A stretch of DNA of 64,000 bases, from positions 2,457-66,456 of IMG/VR virus record IMGVR_UViG_3300044641_003209. The stretch is one strand, 5' to 3'. Below are positions 37,147 through 46,415 of the stretch, one piece after another; position 1 is the first letter of the stretch; each line of letters begins with the position of its first letter. A program made the translations under genes and the position numbers. The notes under the pieces are model-generated. The model ran no database searches, had not been told where the DNA came from, and was given only the letters and a program-made list of their open reading frames with translations. This DNA comes from a virus.

Positions 37147-37920
37147 TTACCGTTTATTTCGTTTGCTCTGTTCTATTTGGTACTGTTGCATGCGCACGCG
37201 CATAGGATCTTCTGTGTACGCAGCGGGAACTGGTAGTGGGCGGGTTAGAGCTTCAGGTACATACATTGTGCTTTGTGAACCTGGAGCCTCACGATTTTCA
37301 CCAGACCAGTACGACATATTTGTTGCACGTCCCGTACTTGTCGGTTGTACCTTAGGGTATCCTATTTGGCTTAAATCTACATAACGCTGGTAACTATCGA
37401 CAGGTGCGTTGTAAGCGTTACGCGCCTGTAGGGCATCCGAGTAGCGTTGCTTCATAAATTGGTCAACGACGCCGCCGTAGAGTGCCGCTGCTTCAGAACC
37501 CCTAGGGTCGAATCCACGAAGTTGCGCAATCTCTTGTGAGAGTGCATAAGCCTGGTCAGGAATTACCTCGCCCTGAGCGCCCTTGCGTCCAAACAGGGCG
37601 GCTCCTGGCATTTCCCGCATACCAGTAAATGTCTTTTCAGCATTAGCCCTAGCTACCTGTGGATCTTCACTGTAGAACTCGGGGCTTGCTACATAATTTG
37701 AAGCATTGGTCCGACTCGCAGCGGTTGGGCTTTGCTCTCCTAGCTGATTAGAGAATGCTCGCAATTGGGCCATCTTCTGTTGCACTTGTTCGTTGCGAAT
37801 CATTTGCTCAGCCGCGTCCCGTGCTGCTTTATCCTGAGGCGTTTCTACCGATGGCGCAAATTGCGGAACAAGATTTGGCATCATCGAGTTGAATGTCTTG
37901 CTGTTATTGAGATTCGGCAT
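37147..37920 (-). CDS. Hypothetical (possibly virion-internal) protein
   Basis: 257 aa; Gln/Ala/Pro-rich. Confidence 0.6.
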   Translation of the reverse strand: MPNLNNSKTFNSMMPNLVPQFAPSVETPQDKAARDAAEQMIRNEQVQQKMAQLRAFSNQLGEQSPTAASRTNASNYVASPEFYSEDPQVARANAEKTFTGMREMPGAALFGRKGAQGEVIPDQAYALSQEIAQLRGFDPRGSEAAALYGGVVDQFMKQRYSDALQARNAYNAPVDSYQRYVDLSQIGYPKVQPTSTGRATNMSYWSGENREAPGSQSTMYVPEALTRPLPVPAAYTEDPMRVRMQQYQIEQSKRNKR

Positions 37921-37997
37921 AGGTATCTTGCCAGAAGAGTTAATGAGACCTTTCCGACAAATTACGCAAACTTCTTAGCGGCAGCTTAGACTTTGCG

Positions 37998-38029
37998 TTT
38001 GGTTTGTACGTCATGAGACGATATATTGC
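37998..38029 (+). promoter_or_regulatory. FCB-type promoter of the replication operon
   Basis: TTTG-N20-TATATTGC. Confidence 0.55.
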
Positions 38030-38073
38030 AACAACAAGCTCACGCAGGGTGGGCGTCTTTCTTTGAAACTAAT

Positions 38074-38169
38074 CTTGTACGGCGGCGATAGCGCGTCCGA
38101 CCCCGACATAATGCGCTGCATTCCTACCCCGTGAATGTCCCTGCCCCGCCGCCGTACAAGTGTTTATTT
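38074..38169 (+). ncRNA. Structured RNA (three-way junction with C-rich loops), candidate sRNA
   Basis: Perfect 14-bp IR CTTGTACGGCGGCG / CGCCGCCGTACAAG encloses AGCGC..GCGCT and CATTC..GAATG hairpins, followed by TGTTTATTT. Confidence 0.55.
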
Positions 38170-38178
38170 GGGGATCTC

Positions 38179-38370
38179 ATGAAGAAAGAACCTCTCGACG
38201 AATTGTTCTCGCGCTTTGACAGGCAACATGACCTGTTTAATGAACAGCGACGCAGAACATTCGACGCTATTATTGAACGGCAGCTAGAGCGCTATGACAA
38301 AGCGCTGAATCGAAAGATTGACAGGCTGATACGTCCACTCAGTATCCGTCGCTTAGGGGAGGATGAATGA
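38179..38370 (+). CDS. Small hypothetical protein
   Basis: Start MKKEPL; ATGA-coupled to the next gene. Confidence 0.5.
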   Translation: MKKEPLDELFSRFDRQHDLFNEQRRRTFDAIIERQLERYDKALNRKIDRLIRPLSIRRLGEDE

Positions 38371-38636
38371 GCACCACGGATCGCGAGGACGACGTTTACG
38401 AAGATGCGTCAGGGTGGGATAAATTCAAGTATGCTATCAAAGCCGCTTGGTCAGTAATGATCAACCGGCCTATTATTGTTTACTTTGATGACGGCACAAT
38501 GTACTGTCGGTCGAATCCATTCTACCTTCAAGCGGCGGCGAAGAACCTCAACGAGATTGCTGAGGAACAGATCAATCGGCAGATAACCGACCAGATCAAT
38601 AACCTGCTTGAAATACCGAAGGTGCGTCGTAACTGA
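38367..38636 (+). CDS. Hypothetical protein
   Basis: 89 aa; GGAGG RBS. Confidence 0.65.
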   Translation: MSTTDREDDVYEDASGWDKFKYAIKAAWSVMINRPIIVYFDDGTMYCRSNPFYLQAAAKNLNEIAEEQINRQITDQINNLLEIPKVRRN

Positions 38637-39529
38637 TGTCACGGGCGGAATACTATAGGGAATATCGTCGTCGCCGAAAGGTTGCAACTGTTGCGCAACA
38701 ACCGCAACAAATCGCCAGCTCGTCGGCAGGAACGGACCTTGCTAATGACTTTATACTAAGTTTAGCGGGTTTACGGGAAGTTTGTAATATGTTGCACAAT
38801 GTTGCGCAACAAATGCAACAATCGGCGCAACAAATGCAACAATCCGTGCAACAATTGCAACATGTTGCGCAACAAGTGCAACAGTCAGTGCAACAATTGT
38901 GCAACAGTTGCGCAACACTTGATGACAAGATAAACAGCATAAATTGCAAGGACTTAGGTCAGGACGCTTCAGATATTGTTGCGCAACAATCGCAACAAAA
39001 TGTTGCGCAACACGTCGAACCTGAAAAAAAGCCAAAAAGAAAAGGTTCTTCCCCCCCTTCTTCCCCCCCCTCTCTTCCCCCTCAGACTCCCCCTTACTCT
39101 CCCCCCCTATTATCCCCCCCATCTCCAAAAGAAAAGCCCCGCGAAAATTTTGCGATTTCGTCAGGGGAAGTTGCCAAGGTCGAGCTGGACCACAACCCAG
39201 CTTTCCCCGACATCGAGGATAACCCTGACGCGCCGCTGGTCGATCCGGGCAAAGCCAAGGGCCGTGACCTTGCGACGTGGCGAGAGCTTGAGCAGGCCGC
39301 CGCCGAGATCTGGGAGGAGACGCGGAGTCACCGATTGCAGGACGCATTTTACTCTTGGGTCGAGTACAAGCAGGAACGCGGCGCCAAGGAATTTTACACA
39401 CGGAAGGGAATGATTGCGGCAGGCAAGCATTTCATCCGACGACACCTCGACGAGTTCGATGTCCACTCCGCAGTTCAGCGGGCGATCGCATCGAACTGGC
39501 AAGGGTGGGATCATGAACTGAAAAGGTAA
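38636..39529 (+). CDS. Replication initiator-like protein (lambda O-type architecture)
   Basis: Internal iteron-coded Q-rich repeats, Pro-rich linker, C-terminal W.EYK.ER..AIASNWQG domain; directly upstream of the primase-helicase. Confidence 0.65.
   Translation: MSRAEYYREYRRRRKVATVAQQPQQIASSSAGTDLANDFILSLAGLREVCNMLHNVAQQMQQSAQQMQQSVQQLQHVAQQVQQSVQQLCNSCATLDDKINSINCKDLGQDASDIVAQQSQQNVAQHVEPEKKPKRKGSSPPSSPPSLPPQTPPYSPPLLSPPSPKEKPRENFAISSGEVAKVELDHNPAFPDIEDNPDAPLVDPGKAKGRDLATWRELEQAAAEIWEETRSHRLQDAFYSWVEYKQERGAKEFYTRKGMIAAGKHFIRRHLDEFDVHSAVQRAIASNWQGWDHELKR
38681..39126. repeat. Putative replication origin: palindromic iterons plus C-rich tract
   Basis: GTTGCGCAAC at 38690, 38801, 38864, 38907, 38978 and 39002; many GCAAC half-sites; pyrimidine tract 39046-39126. 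Confidence 0.7.
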
Positions 39530-39539
39530 CGGGGTAAAC

Positions 39540-41633
39540 GTGAATCACTACAACTTTGATACGAAGAGAGTCAAGTGCCCATACTGCGGATCATCCGACG
39601 GTTTTGCTGAGCTCCTTCACCCTGACACAAAGTCTGCTGTAGGGGCGGGCGTTGGGAAGTGCCACTCGTGCAATGTGTTTCGTACGCAGACTGAGGCTGG
39701 ATTCGTCACTGACACTGGCGATCTTGTCGTTAGCAAGGGGCCAATCGAAGCAAAGTTCTTTGACGTATCCATCCTTCCGTCCAAGGGCTTGTCTGTCGAG
39801 CGATCTAATCTTGTGACCTTCGTAGAGTCGCTCATTGGTTCGGATGTTGTGCAACAGGTTGCGCAACAGATGCTGGTTTACGGCGATTCATGGGGCAATA
39901 CAAGTTTCGTCTATGCCGATGTTGAAGGACGGGGTATGTCGGTCAAGACGATCCTGTACGGAGAGAACGCCAAGCGAGATAAGACTGGCATAAAGATTGG
40001 CTCACGCAGCCTAGAGACATCGCAGATAGCTGGGTATGTTCCCGTAGAAGGGACGGTTCGTTACGTTCGTGTTGCTGACGGCGCGTATCAGTTCCTGTAC
40101 GGCCAGCAATGTTTGAAATCGAACCCGATGGCCGATGTAGTCGTGATTGTAGAGTCTGAAAAGACAGCGTTCATGGCTACCGTGTTTGCCCGAATACTGA
40201 ATGTCAAGGCTATCTTCCTCGCCGCTGGTGGAACCAATGGCGTGACGGTATCAAAACTGCGCGGATTGACACCGACCAAGGCAATCCATGAGAACTTTAC
40301 CAGCTTGATGAGCAAGAGGCAGGTTGTTATCTGCTACGACAACGACGAAGCTGGAGAAAAAGGCAGTAGTCTGTGCCAGCAAGCGCTATCTACCTTGAAG
40401 ATTGAAAGCCGGACTTTCAATATGCAAGATGTGCTTGAGGAGTACGATATAAGTCTGCCACCCGCTATGCGGCCTAAGGCAGATCTAGCCGACGTTATTA
40501 TCAATGCGATGCAAAATGGGAATATGCTCGACGAAATCGAGGTTATCCTACGTGGCATCTACAATCGGGCTAAGGGTATCGTTGACGTGCAGAACATAAT
40601 AGCCGACAACGAGCTTGAAAAGATACAGGTATCGGATTATGCCAAAGAGCCTCCTAAGCCCAGCCTGACATTCAGCGAAGCCTCAAGCGATAAGGTAAGC
40701 CAGTTAGCCATACCTGGGAATATCGTTATGCTGCTGGCGTCTCCAGGAGTCGGTAAGTCGTCGGTAATTAGCGCGATTGTAGCTCGGCATATATCGCCAA
40801 AGACGAATGCGTTTGGCCTTGACATCAATGCTCCGCGCGGCTTGGTTGTTGTCGATACCGAACAAAGCAAGGACCAAGTAGTCCAGCTCCATAAGCGTAT
40901 GGCACGCCGCATTGGATGTTACGCCGAGGAGCTGCCAGCGATGTTCGCTGAAACCAATGTGCACTGGTTTGTGTCAAACAAAAAGCTCAAGGTAGAAAAG
41001 CAGTGCGACAATCTGTTCGCCGTTGTAGCGCAGACCGATCCGAGCTTTGTGATCGTGGATCAAGTCGGCTCACTGGTCAATAACGTCAACTCGACCGAAG
41101 AGGTCCAGAGTATCATCAGGCGCATTGCCGTGGACGCAGAAACAAATCTTCGTACATGGGTGGTCGTCCTGCATACCAACCCGACTAGTGATAAGGGGCG
41201 TGGGGTTTTGGGCTCTGACATTCATCGCTGGGCCAGTTCAGTTCTATTTATCAAACGTCCTGCGGAGCCAACAGACCCGTCACTGCTGACGACGAGTAAC
41301 ATAGACGGCATTATGGCTAAGGTTCGCTCTGGGCCACCTGTGCGCTGCTTCTTTAGTTGGGACGATAGCCGAAGTGATTTTTACCCGACGAACTACGAAC
41401 CCGTGGTTGGCTTTGATGCCAGCATAGTAAAGGCCGCTATCGACGCAATCTTTACACAGGATTCCGGTATGAGTCAACCATTAAGCATGGCGGACTTACG
41501 AAAGAATCTCAAAGATGCCATGGGGTACGAACAGGGCAACCAAATGATGGGATACATCATCAAAGAGTCCATCGTAAAGCGGACGGGAAGTGGCAAACTG
41601 TGGCCAGACTACGAGAAACTTAATAGTATGTGA
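39540..41633 (+). CDS. Primase-helicase (Zn finger + TOPRIM/DUF6371-like + RecA-like AAA helicase)
   Basis: CPYCGSSD..KCHSC, IVESEKTA, CYDNDEAG, Walker A ASPGVGKS, VDTEQ, IVDQV, VLHTN, RGVLGS. Confidence 0.85.
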   Translation: MNHYNFDTKRVKCPYCGSSDGFAELLHPDTKSAVGAGVGKCHSCNVFRTQTEAGFVTDTGDLVVSKGPIEAKFFDVSILPSKGLSVERSNLVTFVESLIGSDVVQQVAQQMLVYGDSWGNTSFVYADVEGRGMSVKTILYGENAKRDKTGIKIGSRSLETSQIAGYVPVEGTVRYVRVADGAYQFLYGQQCLKSNPMADVVVIVESEKTAFMATVFARILNVKAIFLAAGGTNGVTVSKLRGLTPTKAIHENFTSLMSKRQVVICYDNDEAGEKGSSLCQQALSTLKIESRTFNMQDVLEEYDISLPPAMRPKADLADVIINAMQNGNMLDEIEVILRGIYNRAKGIVDVQNIIADNELEKIQVSDYAKEPPKPSLTFSEASSDKVSQLAIPGNIVMLLASPGVGKSSVISAIVARHISPKTNAFGLDINAPRGLVVVDTEQSKDQVVQLHKRMARRIGCYAEELPAMFAETNVHWFVSNKKLKVEKQCDNLFAVVAQTDPSFVIVDQVGSLVNNVNSTEEVQSIIRRIAVDAETNLRTWVVVLHTNPTSDKGRGVLGSDIHRWASSVLFIKRPAEPTDPSLLTTSNIDGIMAKVRSGPPVRCFFSWDDSRSDFYPTNYEPVVGFDASIVKAAIDAIFTQDSGMSQPLSMADLRKNLKDAMGYEQGNQMMGYIIKESIVKRTGSGKLWPDYEKLNSM

Positions 41634-41692
41634 TTGAGAAATTGCATAGTATGTGACGATATATTGCGCGATATCTTAATCTAGAATCGCCC

Positions 41693-41914
41693 ATGATAGA
41701 CGGTAGTCAGCGTCAGCCGCAAGGTGCAGCTATATCTTTTTCATTCTTCGCCATTGGACAAGTATTTCAGTGGCTTAGTGAACCAACGGTTGTACAGGCG
41801 TTGAAAGACTATCTGTCGATTATCTCATTCTTGATTTCGATTACCGTTGGACTGATTTCACTTGCGGCTACCATACGCAAGATGGGCAATAAGAACAAGC
41901 GATCGAAGGATTAA
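41693..41914 (+). CDS. Putative holin
   Basis: Two hydrophobic helices and a basic C-terminus; first gene of the lysis cassette; TATATTGC promoter box at 41660. Confidence 0.55.
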   Translation: MIDGSQRQPQGAAISFSFFAIGQVFQWLSEPTVVQALKDYLSIISFLISITVGLISLAATIRKMGNKNKRSKD

Positions 41915-41915
41915 C

Positions 41916-42239
41916 ATGAGCTTTTTGAAGTCGATCTGGCGTTGGGCCAGTAAGCCAACCATGAACAAGCTATCAGCCGCTTTGTGCGTCGTGTTCTTGA
42001 TCTTGTTCCTACTTTCGTTCTTTCAGACATCTGGCGAACTTTCGTACTTCCCTGCCGCCTGGCTATGTTCTGCCGGTATTATCACTTTGGTTTATTTGGT
42101 TGATCGAGTCGGCTTCGCTAAGATTGACACCATTGCATACCTCAAAACCAAACCAGATGTCTACTTCAAAATCGTTCTTCCGATCTATGTGGCTGGTATT
42201 GTTATTGGCCACATCCTCGCACTGCTTCTCGCTTGGTAA
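41916..42239 (+). CDS. Membrane protein (holin/antiholin-like)
   Basis: Three predicted TM segments. Confidence 0.55.
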   Translation: MSFLKSIWRWASKPTMNKLSAALCVVFLILFLLSFFQTSGELSYFPAAWLCSAGIITLVYLVDRVGFAKIDTIAYLKTKPDVYFKIVLPIYVAGIVIGHILALLLAW

Positions 42240-42816
42240 TGACTATCGGTTCTATGTAAAACCCTACAATGGGATGCGTGAAACGGGCTACAATCGCGGC
42301 CCGTTCATTGATTCAGCCAACCGACGTTATGCCTACCTAGGTGCTCCGTATTGCGCATCATCCGTGTCAATGATACTCGATCGGTCAAAGGCGATAGCGC
42401 CAAGGACTAGGAGTGGCGCGTCTAGAGCGTTTATTAACGCTATGAGTGTACCGGCTCGGCGAGTGTGGGAAGGAAGGGTAGATCCTCCGAGCAACTGCGT
42501 AGTTGTATTTACGCGAAATGGCGGAGGGCACATAGAGTTTCTCATACGTAAATCCGGCGACACAATGCTGTGCTTCGGATTTAACACGAGCCCAGATGGT
42601 AAAGCTGGCAGTCAGTGGAATGGAACTTGGTCTGGCTACAAGTACCGGAGCATAAAGAAAAGCCTCTCGCCATACAATGTTTTTCGCGTAACGCACTTCA
42701 CACCGGTTGAATATGAAAGAAATAGCCCAGGACGCACTGAAACTGCTAACAGTTCTCGTAATCGCATTGGCACTTATACAAGCGTGCGAGGAATTGGTAG
42801 GCCCGAAGTACGATAA
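42157..42816 (+). CDS. Endolysin, CHAP/NlpC-like cysteine amidase with signal peptide
   Basis: RETGYNRGP..APYCASSVS..GGGHIEF..FNT; hydrophobic N-terminus. Confidence 0.7.
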   Translation: MSTSKSFFRSMWLVLLLATSSHCFSLGNDYRFYVKPYNGMRETGYNRGPFIDSANRRYAYLGAPYCASSVSMILDRSKAIAPRTRSGASRAFINAMSVPARRVWEGRVDPPSNCVVVFTRNGGGHIEFLIRKSGDTMLCFGFNTSPDGKAGSQWNGTWSGYKYRSIKKSLSPYNVFRVTHFTPVEYERNSPGRTETANSSRNRIGTYTSVRGIGRPEVR

Positions 42817-43183
42817 GATAGATACCGTCACAGTAGAAAGAAAGATCATAATTCCACCAGACACGGTTACGCTGACTGAGTATAAACCTCGAATCGTCTA
42901 TCGTCCGTATTTTGTCCATGATACGCTTATCGACACAGTTTTTGAAACCAGAGCATTCACGGCATACATGGACACGACCATCAATTGCAAGTCACTCAAG
43001 ATTGAGTACCGATTCCCAGAGAACGTCTTTGCTAACATGCAAATGACTGAGTGTCCCGATACAGTGATCGTACACGACACCGTGATTACGAACACCAATG
43101 TCACTGGTAGCTTCTGGAGTGACGTTAAAAATGTAGCTATTGGCTTTGTAGGTGGGTTTGTGGTGGGTCAAGTCATCAAGTAA
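42713..43183 (+). CDS. Spanin-like membrane protein
   Basis: N-terminal TM (possible lipobox IQAC), beta-rich DT repeats, C-terminal TM. Confidence 0.55.
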   Translation: MKEIAQDALKLLTVLVIALALIQACEELVGPKYDKIDTVTVERKIIIPPDTVTLTEYKPRIVYRPYFVHDTLIDTVFETRAFTAYMDTTINCKSLKIEYRFPENVFANMQMTECPDTVIVHDTVITNTNVTGSFWSDVKNVAIGFVGGFVVGQVIK

Positions 43184-43191
43184 AATTTATA

Positions 43192-43222
43192 TTTGCGATG
43201 TCAGATAATTTTATTACATTGC
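43192..43222 (+). promoter_or_regulatory. FCB-type promoter (leaderless)
   Basis: TTTG-N19-TACATTGC, 3 nt before ATG 43226. Confidence 0.5.
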
Positions 43223-43225
43223 AGT

Positions 43226-43687
43226 ATGAGCATCGCAACAACGGATATAGTGGCAGGATTGCTACTGCGTATTGGCGGCCTAGATATGGCCAGCATGGAT
43301 ACGCGCCGCAGAGTTGTTGACACGATCTCGCCTATACACAAAGAGCATGGACTATGGCAAGCCAATGATAACGTGCTTGGTGCGTCATGGATTGTAGCAT
43401 TTGGTGAAAACGACATTGAGCAACTGATTGCTCGTCGCCATGACGGTGAACAGTGGAAGTCATACAAGCCGAGCGCTCGTGCTAGAATCTGCGAAATAGA
43501 CGACAATGGCATTGTAGACGTTGAAGCGGTTGTGGCATCATTCCACGATTCGCGACATGGTGTTGCGCCGCCATGCTTTCTACGCATAGGTCCATACTTC
43601 ATCTACCGTAATGTCTCTGGTTATTCCGTTCCGGTTCCAGAAGATGTGGCTAAAAGAATCATGGAGGCCAACGGTATCAAGGAATGA
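43226..43687 (+). CDS. Hypothetical protein
   Basis: 153 aa from MSIATT. Confidence 0.6.
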   Translation: MSIATTDIVAGLLLRIGGLDMASMDTRRRVVDTISPIHKEHGLWQANDNVLGASWIVAFGENDIEQLIARRHDGEQWKSYKPSARARICEIDDNGIVDVEAVVASFHDSRHGVAPPCFLRIGPYFIYRNVSGYSVPVPEDVAKRIMEANGIKE

Positions 43688-44166
43688 ATCTTATCTACCC
43701 AGATGGATCAGGCAAACTAGACGTCGGCACTCGCTCATTGCAATTGTCGCTTGCCGATGTCGTCAATTTGATCAAGGCTGGTGTAGAGTTCTTTTACTTC
43801 GAGGGAGGTCCATTCCATGTTGAGGCAAGCATGGATATTATGGAGACGATAGCAAAGAAGCTCAATCTAGGCAGACCCAAAAGGCAGCGTATCGTCACTG
43901 CAAAGGATAGGGCTCCTACGCGAGTTTCGCGAGTTCTCGTGATAGATCCTGACGGCAGAGAGTTCGAGGTGAACAATCTGCTAGGATGGATGAAGGAAAA
44001 CTTCCCTGACCGCTACAAGTCCCTGTACTTCGCCGCAATACGAACGCAGCAGTGTGCAGGGTACAAAATCAAGCAACTAGGATGGGTTACAATGACGGTA
44101 CTGGGTACCGAAGAGTTCATAAAAAACAGCAAGGAGAAACATGTCCGTCGAAATCGTAGAAGCTGA
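43684..44166 (+). CDS. Hypothetical protein (possible DNA-binding C-terminus)
   Basis: 160 aa; IDPDGREFEVNNL..W motif. Confidence 0.6.
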   Translation: MNLIYPDGSGKLDVGTRSLQLSLADVVNLIKAGVEFFYFEGGPFHVEASMDIMETIAKKLNLGRPKRQRIVTAKDRAPTRVSRVLVIDPDGREFEVNNLLGWMKENFPDRYKSLYFAAIRTQQCAGYKIKQLGWVTMTVLGTEEFIKNSKEKHVRRNRRS

Positions 44167-44851
44167 AAATCCACAGGTACCTGAGAAGCGTGCCAAGTTC
44201 GACGCGCAGTATTACAAGGACCTGATACGTTCACTCGGCTGGACGCCGGAGGAGCTTAAGGTGATCTATAGTAAACTTCCTACTGGTATCCCACTTGAAG
44301 AAGCGTTTGCGTTCCTGAGCCAAGCCAAAAAGTTGGGCCTAGATCCTATCAGTGGCCAGATCATCATGCAGGAACACCGTATGAAGAATACGGGCGAAGT
44401 CAAGTACACTATCATTGTGGGCATTGACGGCTATCGTAGTATGGCAATTCGCACTGGTCTATATGCACCAGGCGACGACACAATCTACAAGTACAAAGAC
44501 GACGGCACGTTGTTCTCAGCTACAGTCTATGTCAAGCGCTATCACCCAGAATCGAAGCAGTGGAACCAGTTCAGCGCAACGGCACTCTATGACGAATACT
44601 GCCAGATGTACTATGACTCTGCTTCTCGTGAGCGCAAGCCTACGCAGATGTGGGCGAAGATGGGTCACACAATGCTAGAGAAATGCGCCGAAGCTCGTGC
44701 TTTACGCCGTGGATTCCCTGAAACGCTGTCTGGATTGTATACAATCGAAGAACTAGCGCAAACAGCTAGTGCCACCAATGATGGTGAGGACGCTGCACGG
44801 CGTGGGGCTAAGCTCAACAGCAACGCAGTCAAAGCACTGGGAGCTGCTTGA
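44141..44851 (+). CDS. bet: Bet/RecT single-strand annealing recombinase
   Basis: LGLDP..QI, IVGIDGYRS.A.RTG.Y, WAKM..MLEKCAEARALRRGFP. Confidence 0.88.
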   Translation: MSVEIVEAENPQVPEKRAKFDAQYYKDLIRSLGWTPEELKVIYSKLPTGIPLEEAFAFLSQAKKLGLDPISGQIIMQEHRMKNTGEVKYTIIVGIDGYRSMAIRTGLYAPGDDTIYKYKDDGTLFSATVYVKRYHPESKQWNQFSATALYDEYCQMYYDSASRERKPTQMWAKMGHTMLEKCAEARALRRGFPETLSGLYTIEELAQTASATNDGEDAARRGAKLNSNAVKALGAA

Positions 44852-45873
44852 TGAAACCATGGAACGGACTAGAGTTTCACGCATTCCAATCACGGGATGA
44901 GTGGCTCGCAAAACGACTAGAGATGGGTGTCGGAGGATCGGAGAGCGCGGCTATTCTTGGCCTGTCTCCGTACTCATGCTCGGCTCAGGTGTTCTATGAG
45001 AAGCTAGGTTTTGCTCGTAAGTTCAACACTTCGCTGCCAATGATTATCGGCAACGAGGATGAGGCAAAGATTGCGAAGCTATGGTCGTACTACGATTCAA
45101 ACTTTGGAGTCGAGTCTATCCCAGTGAACTACATGGCTGACAAGGTGATACGCAAGCCAATCAAACTCAGTCGTATCCTTGTCAATCCAAAGCATCCTTT
45201 CCTGTTTGCTAATCCTGACAGGCTGTTCAAAAATGGCAAAGAGCGCTCAATCCTTGAGATCAAAACGATCAACCACTGGGAATCGCAAAAGTGGGAAAGC
45301 GGAGTGCCAATTCATTACATCATTCAGATTCAGCATTACATGTTGGTATGCGAGGTGAAGTATGCGGAGCTGGCAATCCTCGAAGCAAACAACAAGATTG
45401 ACGTGATTCCATTCGAGCCATCGAAAGAGATCCAAGAACGCATCATTGAAAAGTGCGGTAGCTTCTGGAACGATGTACTTGAGGCTAGGAAGATTCTGGC
45501 GGCAGGTGGAATGGAACTCGACATCCAGCACCTTGTTCCCCCGCCTGATGGCTCGGACGCATACACCGACTTCCTGAAGGAAAAGTACAAGGAATCTTCG
45601 CCTGACCCTGAGCTTACGGTTACGGCAACCGAGTCAGACCTTATGGCCGTGGCCAATTACTTTAGGTACAAGTCTGAGATTGAGGACCTATCTAAGCAAA
45701 TGGCTCTAGCCGAGCAGATGTTGCGTGAGAAGCTGGGCGAAGCTCCGGTGCTCGACTTTGGTGAGCAGTACGGTAGAATCACTTGGCGTGCTGATAAGAA
45801 CGGTCGGCGCACATTCAAAACCAATGGGATCAAGAAAGAAGAAGTTCTCGCTCAGTGGGCTGTTGACGAATGA
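44848..45873 (+). CDS. YqaJ-like viral recombination exonuclease
   Basis: WL..R..GVGGSE.AAILGLSPY, FANPDR, LEIKT, YIIQIQHYM. Confidence 0.9.
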   Translation: MMKPWNGLEFHAFQSRDEWLAKRLEMGVGGSESAAILGLSPYSCSAQVFYEKLGFARKFNTSLPMIIGNEDEAKIAKLWSYYDSNFGVESIPVNYMADKVIRKPIKLSRILVNPKHPFLFANPDRLFKNGKERSILEIKTINHWESQKWESGVPIHYIIQIQHYMLVCEVKYAELAILEANNKIDVIPFEPSKEIQERIIEKCGSFWNDVLEARKILAAGGMELDIQHLVPPPDGSDAYTDFLKEKYKESSPDPELTVTATESDLMAVANYFRYKSEIEDLSKQMALAEQMLREKLGEAPVLDFGEQYGRITWRADKNGRRTFKTNGIKKEEVLAQWAVDE

Positions 45874-46415
45874 GGCGCATACTGAAAATTGGTAAGGATG
45901 GCAAACCAATCATCCCTGAATCTCAATTGCAGTCGTCGATTGTAGACTACTATGTGAAGTCAGGATATGAGGTCATCCGTTTCAATAGCGGTGGTGGTAA
46001 AGCAGGAAGCGGGAACTGGGTGTGGTACTATACCTGGTTTGGCAGGATCGGAAACAAAGAGCACAGCGGAGTAACAGATCTGTTTGTGTTCGGTAAGGGA
46101 ATCTATTTTTGGGTCGAAGTCAAAAGGAAAAACGGTGCAAAACGAACAAAGCAAAAAGATTTCATCGAAGCAGTCAAAGAAAACGGAGGGAACGCCATCT
46201 TCGTTGACTCACTTGATCAAGCGATTGCCTACGAAAGCGAACTACAAAGGCTTCGACGTGAGGGTGATGTATGTGAACCCACGGGGAAGCAGGTCGGGAT
46301 GGTTGAGTCTAGCAAAAAAGGACAACGTAATCGTAGCCGGAGTGGACTCAAAGGGGCATCTGATTCTGTCAAAGAACGAAAAAGAATCAATGACTCATAT
46401 ATGCTCTCTGATTGA
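45870..46415 (+). CDS. VRR-NUC nuclease (Holliday junction resolvase-like)
   Basis: ESQLQ, GVTDL, WVEVK, Q..FIE..GG. Confidence 0.8.
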   Translation: MRRILKIGKDGKPIIPESQLQSSIVDYYVKSGYEVIRFNSGGGKAGSGNWVWYYTWFGRIGNKEHSGVTDLFVFGKGIYFWVEVKRKNGAKRTKQKDFIEAVKENGGNAIFVDSLDQAIAYESELQRLRREGDVCEPTGKQVGMVESSKKGQRNRSRSGLKGASDSVKERKRINDSYMLSD

